Counted from the stretch's first letter, positions 9,478 to 17,611 are shown. The stretch is DNA of 64,000 nt from Deinococcales bacterium (GCA_031414595.1 JANNVX010000018.1:1-64000), one strand, 5' to 3'. The notes: generated from the sequence alone by a model not told the origin. Numbers and translations are program-made.

Positions 9478-9763
9478 CATGTACTCCGACTTAATCATTT
9501 TTGCTGTTTGTGACAATAAATCTTATGTTCCAATTCGTGACTTGGCACTTGGTTTTGTCCTCCCCGCGAAGCAGGACGATTAGCACTGCGTGCTAATGGT
9601 GGCAAGCAAAGCGCGTCGGAGGGGTCTTGCACAGCGTCTCTTCGTTTCCGCGCCGCAGACCCCTCCGTCACTCGTTGCACTCCTGACACCTCCCAACTGT
9701 CTAACGACAGGGGAGGACTTTTTCGCGTTGCACACGTTTTTCTTGATTAATTCGGAGTACATG
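9478..9763. mobile_element. 286-bp MITE (IS4-like ends) inserted in a REP
   Basis: TIRs CATGTACTCCGACTTAATCA / CATGTACTCCGAATTAATCA (19/20). 10-bp duplication ACACAGGGGT at 9468-9477 and 9764-9773. Confidence 0.9.
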
Positions 9764-9794
9764 ACACAGGGGTTCGCCCCTACGAAAATTTATG

Positions 9795-12700
9795 TCAGAC
9801 CTTAGCAAGCCCGATTTGTCCACCTTCCTCGAGACTGACCAAAAAATCTGTGGGTAAAGGCGCGGCGTACTCGAGTGAATCACAAAGCGTATCTTCACGC
9901 AAAGTGGCTTCCCATGCTCTGGCAGCCTCGAGCGTGTCGCCTGTTAGCTCGAGCCGTAAAGCAATGCGGTTACTGACTTCTAAGCCAGAATCTTTACGGG
10001 CTTGCTGCACAGCACGGAGTAAATCCCGAGCTAAGCCCTCAAGAATTAAATCCTGGGAAAGCGTTGTGGTAAACGCCACTAATAAACCATCTTGCTCTAC
10101 GGCGGCAAAGCCTTCTGGGGATAAAGCATCTACCAGCACGTCGGCTGGCTCGAGGTCAAAAGCACCATCATCGGTCTCGAGTAGAAAATTCTGGCTGCGA
10201 TTGACATGCGCTACAATTTTACTCGAATCGCTATTTTGTAAGGCTGTTCGGATGGCGGGGATGTTCTTGCCGTATTTGCGCCCAAGCGTCGGTAAATTCG
10301 GTTTGAGGTTATACGAAATTAGGGTTGTGCCTTCCTCGAGTAACTTTACGGCTTTGACATTCAGTTCTTCGGCAATGGTACTCGAGAAGCGCTCGAGTGC
10401 CAGATTATCAGCGTTTTCCCTTGCGCGGAGCATGACTTCTTGTAAGGGTTGACGAAGTTTAAGGTTGGCTTGTCCACGTGCTGCCCGACCCAAATCCACA
10501 GTGCGAATTACAACTTGCATCTCAGAAACAAGTTGAGCATCAAAACGACTTGGGTTAAACTTGGGAAAATCACATAAATGCACACTTTCAGGCGCACTCG
10601 AGTCTACGCCGCAAACCAAATTCTGATACAAACTTTCAGATAAAAACGGCGTGAACGGCGCAGCCAATTTTGTGACTGTCACAAGTGCCTCGTACAAAGT
10701 TGCATAAGCGCTCGAGTCTACTGCCCCGTCCTGAGTCCAGAAACGCCGACGATTACGGCGCACATACCAATTACTCAGTTCATCCACAAAGGCTTCCAGT
10801 GCCTTACCGCCCTTACGTGCATCATAGTTATTGAGGGCATCGGTCACGGTTTGGGTCAAACCCTCGAGTCTCGAGATGAGCCAACGGTCAATTTCTGGGC
10901 GTTCGAGAAGTGGTGGGGCGGTGTTCAGGTCTGGATTATCGAGGTTGGCGTACAAAACAAAAAAACTGTAAACATTCCAGAGTGTATTGATAAAACCGCG
11001 TTGCCCCTCGGCAATTAAACGCTCCGAGAAACGCTTGGTATCGCCCGGTTCAGAACCCGTGAACATGTACCAACGCACACTGTCCGCTCCGAACTTATCA
11101 AAAGCGGGCAAAGGCTCAACCACATTGCCTTTGGATTTGGACATCTTCGCGCCTTTTTCATCCACCAAATGCCCGAGGCAAATTACATTTTTATAGACTG
11201 GTTGGTCGTACAAAAGTGTTCCGATGGCGTGCAAACTGTAAAACCAGCCGCGAGTCTGGTCAATTGCCTCGCAGATGTAATCGGCTGGGAAGTGCTTATT
11301 AAAGGTCTCGAGATTCTGCGCCGTACCATCTTCCCCAAGCATCAAATGCCACTGGGCATAAGGCATTGCTCCAGAATCAAACCAGACATCCAGCACCTCT
11401 GGGACTCGAGAAAACTTCTTGCCGTCCTTGATAAACGTTGCATCATCAATGTATGGGCGGTGTAAATCTTCATTCTCGAGTTTTTTGCCCATTAAGTTCT
11501 CGAGTTCCTGCACTGAGCCAATACAAACATAATCGCGCCCATCCTCAGAGACCCAAAAAGGCAACGGCGAACCCCAATAGCGTTCACGGCTGATGCCCCA
11601 ATCCACATTGCCCTCGAGCCACTTGCCAAAGCGTCCATCGCGGATATGTTCAGGCACCCAATTGATGGCTTGGTTGGTCTCGGACATGCGTTTTGCCATT
11701 TTCTCGGTGCGAATAAACCAACTCGGACGGGCAAAGTACAAAATTGGGTCGCCAGTGCGGTCATGGAATGGGTAACGGTGCTTCAGCGTACCCGCGTGGT
11801 ACATCACGCCCCGTTCCTTCATGATTTTGATTAAGCCTTTATCGGCATCCTTAAAGAACTTACCGCGCTCATCGGTGACTTGCATGATGCCGTTGCCGTT
11901 TGTGCCAAAGCAGAGAACGCAGTCGTAGGATTTCCCAACTTCCAAGTCTTCTGCGCCGTAAACTGGGGCTTGGTGTGCTAGACCAGAACCATCTTCGTCG
12001 CCAACAAAATCGGCTAGGACGACAATGTGCGCTCGAGGGTGGGGTTTGGTGTTGGGCGAGGCATGCCTCGCCCCTACGGTGTTTGGTTTTGGTAGGGCGA
12101 ATTTTTCGAGGTTTAGACCAAGTTCTTCAAAGACTTCTGGGAAAGGCTGCTCATACTGCCAAAAGTGCATCAGTTCGCCTTTGAAGGTTGCCAACACCTC
12201 GAGCGGTGGGGCTTCTTTGTTTAGACTCGAGATTCGCTCGACGGCATTTTTTGCAATGATGATATGACCCATCGGGCTGCCGCACAAGGCATACTCGAGA
12301 TTTGGATTGACGGCGGCTAAAGTATTGCTTGGCAGTGTCCACGGTGTGGTTGTCCAAACAATCAAGGCTGGCTGCTCGAGCTTGGTTAAATCTATGCCTT
12401 GTGCCTCGAGGCTTGACTTTAGTGCTTCTGGGGTAGTCTCGAGTTTAACTGGAAGACGCACATAAACACTCGGGTCATCCACCATTTGGTAACTGTTTTC
12501 GTCGCCCAGTTCGGCTTTAGAAAGCGTGCTGCCAATGCGTGGCGAAACTGGCACAACCTTAAAGTCACGCTCGACCAGACCCTTATCCCAAAGTCGTTTT
12601 AAGAGATTCCAAACCGATTCAATGTACTCGTTTTTATAAGTCACATACGCATTCTCGAGGTCTACCCACATCCCAAGGCGTTCGGTAAAATAATTCCAGT

Positions 12701-13094
12701 CTTTGATGTTGCTAAACACAGACTCACGGCACAAGCGGTTAAATTCCTCGAGTTCGGCGCGGGATGAGCCGTGGTTGCGCCCCTTCATGCCCATTTTCTT
12801 CTCGACAGCGATTTCCACAGGCAGCCCGTGGGTGTCCCAGCCGCCTTTTCGAGTGACATGAAAACCATTCATGACCTTAAAACGTGGAAAAATATCCTTG
12901 AAGGCTCGAGCCAGAACGTGATGCATGGCGGGTTGCCCATTGGCGGTAGGGGGTCCTTCGTAAAAAACAAATTCGCCACTAGGGGCAGGTTTTTGTTCGG
13001 TCTGCCCGAAAATGTCTCGAGACTTCCAGAACTCGAGAACGGTGGCTTCGACATCTTTGTAACTGACTTGTGGACTGACTTCATTAAATTTCAT
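9795..13094 (-). CDS. ileS: Isoleucine--tRNA ligase, type 2 (eukaryote-like)
   Basis: FYEGPPTANG, GWDTHGLPVE, WTTTPWTLPSN, DWGISRERYWG, DQTRGWFY, KMSKS; 1099 aa. Confidence 0.98.
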   Translation of the reverse strand: MKFNEVSPQVSYKDVEATVLEFWKSRDIFGQTEQKPAPSGEFVFYEGPPTANGQPAMHHVLARAFKDIFPRFKVMNGFHVTRKGGWDTHGLPVEIAVEKKMGMKGRNHGSSRAELEEFNRLCRESVFSNIKDWNYFTERLGMWVDLENAYVTYKNEYIESVWNLLKRLWDKGLVERDFKVVPVSPRIGSTLSKAELGDENSYQMVDDPSVYVRLPVKLETTPEALKSSLEAQGIDLTKLEQPALIVWTTTPWTLPSNTLAAVNPNLEYALCGSPMGHIIIAKNAVERISSLNKEAPPLEVLATFKGELMHFWQYEQPFPEVFEELGLNLEKFALPKPNTVGARHASPNTKPHPRAHIVVLADFVGDEDGSGLAHQAPVYGAEDLEVGKSYDCVLCFGTNGNGIMQVTDERGKFFKDADKGLIKIMKERGVMYHAGTLKHRYPFHDRTGDPILYFARPSWFIRTEKMAKRMSETNQAINWVPEHIRDGRFGKWLEGNVDWGISRERYWGSPLPFWVSEDGRDYVCIGSVQELENLMGKKLENEDLHRPYIDDATFIKDGKKFSRVPEVLDVWFDSGAMPYAQWHLMLGEDGTAQNLETFNKHFPADYICEAIDQTRGWFYSLHAIGTLLYDQPVYKNVICLGHLVDEKGAKMSKSKGNVVEPLPAFDKFGADSVRWYMFTGSEPGDTKRFSERLIAEGQRGFINTLWNVYSFFVLYANLDNPDLNTAPPLLERPEIDRWLISRLEGLTQTVTDALNNYDARKGGKALEAFVDELSNWYVRRNRRRFWTQDGAVDSSAYATLYEALVTVTKLAAPFTPFLSESLYQNLVCGVDSSAPESVHLCDFPKFNPSRFDAQLVSEMQVVIRTVDLGRAARGQANLKLRQPLQEVMLRARENADNLALERFSSTIAEELNVKAVKLLEEGTTLISYNLKPNLPTLGRKYGKNIPAIRTALQNSDSSKIVAHVNRSQNFLLETDDGAFDLEPADVLVDALSPEGFAAVEQDGLLVAFTTTLSQDLILEGLARDLLRAVQQARKDSGLEVSNRIALRLELTGDTLEAARAWEATLREDTLCDSLEYAAPLPTDFLVSLEEGGQIGLAKV
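12054..12077 (-). repeat. GTAG-type REP inside the ileS coding sequence
   Basis: Minus strand GTAGGGGCGAGGCATGCCTCGCCC, translated in frame as VGARHASP. Confidence 0.85.
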
Positions 13095-13127
13095 AAGACC
13101 TCGTTTGCATGGGTTGTTTGGTTTTTC

Positions 13128-13151
13128 GTAGGGGCGAGGTATGCCTCGCCC
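13128..13151 (+). repeat. GTAG-type REP
   Basis: GTAGGGGCGAGGTATGCCTCGCCC; identical copy at 30298-30321. Confidence 0.9.
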
Positions 13152-13249
13152 TGTGGAACGACATTATTTGAAATTTCCTTTGAATTGATTTATGGTTCTG
13201 TCTTTGGCTTATCTCGAGAAACGCCGTCCTGATTTCAATAAATTCCATT

Positions 13250-13840
13250 TCAATCTTTTGAACTACGAATGATTTTTGATATTTCTTTGTAAAAACCCAT
13301 TGCAAAATAAGCCGAGCCATAAAATTTGATGGCAGCGTATGGATCATCATATCCAATGATTTGAGGGAAATCCTTTAAGGTTTGGCTAAAGAAAAGTCCC
13401 ATGAAATACTGTTCCATAAAACCAGAGAATAAAAACAAAAATATCAAAAGAGAAAATGATAATATGTAAAATAACAAACAGACGTATTTTCGGTTTTTTT
13501 CAAGATAAAAGTTTCCAAAATCCCAAAGTAAAGCAATCAAAAAAATCGAAAAGAAAAAAAGACTTGCATGAATGTTTGCTCCAGTAAAACCGCTATCTCC
13601 ATTGCGATAAACTTTTTTAAGAATCAATGCTGAAATTTCTTTTGATAAATCAGCATTCGACTTTCCGATAAAAATTTTCTCGTTAGTAATATTTTTTGAG
13701 TTATCAATCCGAAAACCCACTATGACATTATTACGGAAAAAAAAAGTAGAGAAAATGATTAAAACAATTATCAGTAAAATCCATCTTGAATATTTTTTTG
13801 GAATTTCGTGAGTAGCTATGAAAATACCAATAGGGAACAT
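13250..13840 (-). CDS. Hypothetical membrane protein (AT-rich, about 3-4 TM segments)
   Basis: 196 aa with several hydrophobic stretches, AGGAG upstream, no recognised family. Confidence 0.65.
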   Translation of the reverse strand: MFPIGIFIATHEIPKKYSRWILLIIVLIIFSTFFFRNNVIVGFRIDNSKNITNEKIFIGKSNADLSKEISALILKKVYRNGDSGFTGANIHASLFFFSIFLIALLWDFGNFYLEKNRKYVCLLFYILSFSLLIFLFLFSGFMEQYFMGLFFSQTLKDFPQIIGYDDPYAAIKFYGSAYFAMGFYKEISKIIRSSKD

Positions 13841-13896
13841 ATTTCTCCTTCAGTTCTCAGCAAATCGCAATAGATGTCAGAATCTTTAATATAGCA

Positions 13897-13919
13897 GGGC
13901 GAACACGAGGGTTCGCTAC
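13897..13919 (-). repeat. Degenerate GTAG-type REP
   Basis: GTAG---CGAACCCTCGTGTTCGCCC with flanks homologous to the REP at 16763-16788. Confidence 0.75.
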
Positions 13920-13993
13920 AATTGATTGGTTTTGAATTCTCGAGATGTTGTGCATAAAATTGTTGGAGATATTTGTATTTGCTGTCATATAAT

Positions 13994-14785
13994 TCATCCT
14001 CTAAAGTCAAGATTTTTTAGGTACTGCTCGGCAACTTGCCCAAGACATAAGCGAATTGTTGTGAAAAACGGTCTCCATTGATGATCTAAATAACGACTGA
14101 TTAAGTTTAAGGTCACGTCTCGGTTGGCATTTCGCCATTCCTTTTTGTTATGTTCTATGTTTCTGAATACAACAAGCCGTTGCTGTACCAATCGGTCACA
14201 GTTTAAGTTGAGTATTTTTATAGTGTTTTCGACCAATTCAAAAACACTGCTAAACTTATTAGATTCTAATTGAATGGTTTCACAGTGTTGTGCATTTGGC
14301 TCGAGAAAACCATTCTTTGGGTTAAACCAAAACAAACAGGGTGATGCAATTATGGTTAGTGGGTTGAGAATAAAGCCTTCGCAGTCTTTTGATATTTTCC
14401 CCATCTGTTCCATATGATTTTTGTGCGAATCACAACTCAGGTTTTCGGGCAAAGGATACGGAGGGTTGCGTTCATGCAGGTAAGGTTTATCACCACCATT
14501 ACAAACGCCAATCATATTTGACCAAAGTAATGCCCAATTGATTAAGGGGTCGGTTGCATCTGATTTTGGATGAAAATGTTCTACTCGAGTCGTGAGTGGT
14601 TCTGAACCCGATATTTTGCATTCGCAATAAGCGCAAAGTCCATATTGGTCGTTGATAATTTGGTCTCTAATGCCAGCATAGACATTTTCAAAGTTTCGTA
14701 AATTTTCCCAAGTGGCTTTTGGATCGTCACGCTCAAAAGTGGATAATTCTCTAGGGGCAACAGGATTTTTGAAAACAAGTTTCAT
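13994..14785 (-). CDS. ptuB: HNH endonuclease, PtuB-like (Septu / retron Ec78-type effector)
   Basis: DQYGLCAYCE, RVEHFHPKS, WSNMIGVCNGG, SCDSHK, TIKILNLN. ATG 14785 overlaps the ATPase stop (ATGA). Confidence 0.8.
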   Translation of the reverse strand: MKLVFKNPVAPRELSTFERDDPKATWENLRNFENVYAGIRDQIINDQYGLCAYCECKISGSEPLTTRVEHFHPKSDATDPLINWALLWSNMIGVCNGGDKPYLHERNPPYPLPENLSCDSHKNHMEQMGKISKDCEGFILNPLTIIASPCLFWFNPKNGFLEPNAQHCETIQLESNKFSSVFELVENTIKILNLNCDRLVQQRLVVFRNIEHNKKEWRNANRDVTLNLISRYLDHQWRPFFTTIRLCLGQVAEQYLKNLDFRG

Positions 14786-16113
14786 TGGTTCTGCTCCCAA
14801 GTGCGGTTCTCAATGAATAAGTCAGCCTCGAGCAAGGCTGGTTCTTCGCCAAGGTAGCGTTGATCTAAAATCGTTCGTAACTCTTTGGCTCGAGGTGAAT
14901 TCCATTGGTTCTTGTAAACAAGGTCTTGATACTCAAGTAATTCTCGAGTTGCCATGTTGTTCTGCGGTCTAGGGTCAACTCCCAAAATGCGTTTTAGGAT
15001 TCGATTTGACTCAGCCCCTTCTGTACCAGAAGGAACAAAAATCTGATTGTTTTCAATAACCCGAATACATTCTGCTGGAACTGTAGATAAAACTTGTGGA
15101 CTGTGGGTACTAACAATAAATTGTGTGTTTGGAAAAGTACGTCGTAAATCCTCGAGAATTCGTTGTTGCCACATTGGATGCAAATGCAAGTCTATCTCGT
15201 CAATGATAACAATGGCTTCTTGGTGCAGTGGATCACTACCAGTTTCCGAAAATGGATTGGCTTGCGCCATTCGTAACGATAAGTCCATAACAAGGGCTAA
15301 CACAGTACGAAAGCCATCACTAAGCTGGGAAAGACGGAGTGTTTTAACAGTTCCATCCTCGAGTGTTTGATCAATCACAAATTGCAAGGGTTTAAGTTTG
15401 GTACGCGGATGCTTAAATCCTGGAAGCATGATTTGGATGGCTTCACGCATGGCTTTTAAGTCTGGTAACTGATATTCAAAATCTCTGCGTTCCTTTTGAG
15501 CTTCGTTCTCGAGACGTTCAAAATAATCAAAACGTTCATAGATGGTACGAAAATTACTCACTGCCCCAAAAGCGCCTTCTAAGGCTTCAAATCGCTTAAA
15601 CTGCTTACGGAAGTCGGTTCTTCGTTCTACTTCCTCGAGAAAAACACGATTTGTGCCATAGAAACGAATTAAAGGTAATTCATAGGATAGATTACTATTC
15701 TCGGAAGCAAGTAGATTTTTTATAAATTCTTCAAAAGCCCCATCCGTTTTAATTTCTTTAGCGATACCAAAATCTATTTCAGTTTGCTCTGAAATGATTT
15801 TTGTATTTTTATCACGGCGTTTGGCTGCCAACAGTCCTATATATTGAGTAGAGATGTTTGCCAGCAAACCAATCTGCGTAGAATCAACTAACTTGTCCTT
15901 ACTGTCAACTCGTATGTCATTTTGAATCAGTGACTTCCCATCCTTACGAATAAGTTGAGTTGCAAACCGACTCAGAAGGATATTGATTGCTTCAAGAACC
16001 GATGTTTTTCCCCCACCATTTTCAGAAACAAAAACAGTCAGATTATTATGAAATTTGACGTTAAGACTTTCAAAAGCCCGAAAATTTGTGAGTCGTAAGC
16101 TAATTATTTTCAC
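14782..16113 (-). CDS. ptuA: ABC-type AAA ATPase, PtuA-like
   Basis: Walker A SENGGGKT, QLSDG, IIDEIDLHLHPMWQ, STHSPQV; C-terminal GAESNRILKRILGVDPRP..DLFIENRTWE as in PtuA proteins. Confidence 0.82.
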   Translation of the reverse strand: MKIISLRLTNFRAFESLNVKFHNNLTVFVSENGGGKTSVLEAINILLSRFATQLIRKDGKSLIQNDIRVDSKDKLVDSTQIGLLANISTQYIGLLAAKRRDKNTKIISEQTEIDFGIAKEIKTDGAFEEFIKNLLASENSNLSYELPLIRFYGTNRVFLEEVERRTDFRKQFKRFEALEGAFGAVSNFRTIYERFDYFERLENEAQKERRDFEYQLPDLKAMREAIQIMLPGFKHPRTKLKPLQFVIDQTLEDGTVKTLRLSQLSDGFRTVLALVMDLSLRMAQANPFSETGSDPLHQEAIVIIDEIDLHLHPMWQQRILEDLRRTFPNTQFIVSTHSPQVLSTVPAECIRVIENNQIFVPSGTEGAESNRILKRILGVDPRPQNNMATRELLEYQDLVYKNQWNSPRAKELRTILDQRYLGEEPALLEADLFIENRTWEQNQ

Positions 16114-16130
16114 ATCACTCCTGTTTTAAT

Positions 16131-16208
16131 TTAGCAAACATTGACGAAACTCCACAAACCCTTGATGTTTTTGTAGCTGACTTGTGGACTGACTTCATTA
16201 AATTTCAT
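16131..16208 (-). pseudogene. Duplicated ileS 5' fragment (25-codon mini-ORF)
   Basis: MKFNEVSPQVSYK|NIKGLWSFVNVC*. 16170-16208 matches ileS 13056-13094 at 38/39 nt. Confidence 0.9.
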
Positions 16209-16617
16209 TGATTCCTCCGAATTTCAAAAAACGGTTAAATAAATAGGTAAATAATGGAGATAAGTCTCCATTTTGAATAAGAAATCGCTCTCTGGTTTCC
16301 TCGAGAAACCTATCTTCAAAAGGACTTGGACTTAAAACGACTGAGCCGCAATTAATCTGTTCGTTTGAAGAATTAATACCTGTGACAATATCCCAATCAA
16401 ACTCACCGCTCCGCCAAGCAGTAAAGGAACAAATTACACTCCAATCTCCTTTTGAGTTTACCGATACAAGGTCAATTCCACCTGAGTGCAAATTTTCTGG
16501 AGTATCCCAATGAGGATTGCGCCACGTTTTTTCAATCTGCAAATGATTTAGTTCAAGAATGACTTGATTGTTCTCGAGCCATTCAAGTAATTTCTCGGGA
16601 TATTGCAATTCAGTCAT
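16198..16617 (-). CDS. Small acidic protein, putative immunity protein (TriTu-like); paralog of 16960-17328
   Basis: Start moved to ATG 16617 (AAGGA RBS). PEKLLEWLENN..NPHWDTPENLHS..FTAWRSGEFDW. Confidence 0.5.
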   Translation of the reverse strand: MTELQYPEKLLEWLENNQVILELNHLQIEKTWRNPHWDTPENLHSGGIDLVSVNSKGDWSVICSFTAWRSGEFDWDIVTGINSSNEQINCGSVVLSPSPFEDRFLEETRERFLIQNGDLSPLFTYLFNRFLKFGGINEI

Positions 16618-16653
16618 GATTTCCTTGGGCAATCGAGAATTTTTTTTGATTTT

Positions 16654-16963
16654 GTAGGGACAGACCCCCGTGTCTGTCCTCTGAGAAAATATAAATTGGA
16701 ATTCCCTTTGAATCATTTTTATTAAATCCAATTGGTTCATCTCGAGAAATGCCGTCCTAGCAGGGCGAACACAGGGGTTCGCCCCTACAGTTGATTGGTT
16801 TTGAATTGTCAAAACGTTGAACATAAAAAGCCCTTTTTGTTTTCGTAGGGGAGGGTCTTGTACCCTCCCGCGTGAGACGACATTATTTGAAATTTCACAT
16901 TTAATTTTTTGGTGTACCTCAAGAAATGTCGTGTGGCAGGGCGACCACAAGGGTCGCCCCTAC
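16654..16963. repeat. Array of four GTAG-type REPs in alternating orientation (two REP doublets, BIME/REPIN-like)
   Basis: Hairpins at 16654-16680, 16763-16788, 16845-16869 and 16939-16963, each with a GTAGGG(G)/CCCCTAC foot. Confidence 0.9.
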
Positions 16964-17328
16964 AGTTGACTGGTAATCAATTGTTGAAAAAATGGTTTAA
17001 GAATAATGTCAAAGGACGATTCTGAAATGCTAATTTTTTTTCTACCTATTCCGTCATCATCCCCACTTGTTTTTTCTATCTCGAGAAATACTGAATCACC
17101 CAATAGAAGGTCATTATCAGAGCTATAAACCAAAAAATCGAAATGTCCAGCTTGCCAAATTGTCACATCTCCTGCATTGAGATTTGTCCAAAAAATTGCC
17201 CGTGCTGAGTGTAAAATACTTGGATTGTTCCAATCTGGATTTTTATTTGTTTCAATTTCATGAATCCCAAGCGCTAACAATCGCTTTTGATTTTTCTGAA
17301 CCCACTCGAGAAATATTTCTGGCAACAT
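16960..17328 (-). CDS. Small protein, putative immunity protein (TriTu-like)
   Basis: Start moved to ATG 17328. PEIFLEWVQKN..NPDWNNPSILHS..GDVTIWQAGHFDF. Its TAG stop is the TAG of a REP GTAG foot. Confidence 0.5.
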   Translation of the reverse strand: MLPEIFLEWVQKNQKRLLALGIHEIETNKNPDWNNPSILHSARAIFWTNLNAGDVTIWQAGHFDFLVYSSDNDLLLGDSVFLEIEKTSGDDDGIGRKKISISESSFDIILKPFFQQLITSQL

Positions 17329-17559
17329 AAAAACCCCAGCCAACGCATTGTGCGTTCTGCTGGGGCGCTGTTTGCGCGTTACCACCCAACTTCACTCGAG
17401 CCTCGCGGTTCTCGAGCCTTATGCCGTCTTGAACGGCTTGCGCTGTGTCGGGCGCTCCCGAATGGTTCTACTCGAGATTTGGGTCGGCGTGTCACCGCCG
17501 TCTCTTTCTTCCATTGGCTCGGAGGTGATGCTGATTGCTCAGGTTCTCGTCATTGCCGT
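17329..17559 (-). ncRNA. T-box riboswitch, Ile specifier (ileS-type, short stem I)
   Basis: Minus strand: GC-ATC-ACC..GAGCC..GGAAGAA (specifier 17527-17529), AGTAGAACC..CGGG..CCCGACACAGCGC, T-box GGGTGGTAACGCG (17375-17387), antiterminator partner CGCCCC, terminator CCCCAGC..GCTGGGG-TTTTT (17329-17365). Confidence 0.9.
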
Positions 17560-17565
17560 ATGCCT

Positions 17566-17595
17566 AGTTTACGCAACTAGGGGCGGATGTGTCAA
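17566..17595 (-). promoter_or_regulatory. Sigma70-type promoter of the T-box leader
   Basis: TTGACA-18 nt-TAAACT on the minus strand. Confidence 0.75.
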
Positions 17596-17611
17596 CGTGG
17601 TATTATGGCGT

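Noticed and set aside
9495-9898. Short ORFs in and around the MITE
   Set aside because: No transposase or other motifs; they are chance frames in GC-rich palindromic DNA.
13084-13356. 90-aa ORF upstream of ileS, and 64-aa ORF 13816..14010
   Set aside because: They consist largely of REP and spacer sequence and overlap better-supported genes.
16618-16950. N-terminal 111 aa of the 250-aa ORF 16198..16950
   Set aside because: It is translated REP-array sequence; the RBS and the paralog alignment support ATG 16617.
16654-16963. REP array read as CRISPR repeats or integron attC sites
   Set aside because: Orientation alternates, hairpin sequences vary around a GTAG foot, no RYYYAAC/GTTRRRY ends are evident and no integron integrase is present.
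13994-17559. Complete retron with the structured RNA at 17329-17559 as msr/msd
   Set aside because: There is no reverse transcriptase ORF, and the RNA carries T-box hallmarks.
17348-17611. N-terminal extension of the Uma2 ORF and ORF 17287..17580
   Set aside because: These are antisense to the T-box leader; Uma2 similarity starts at 17612.
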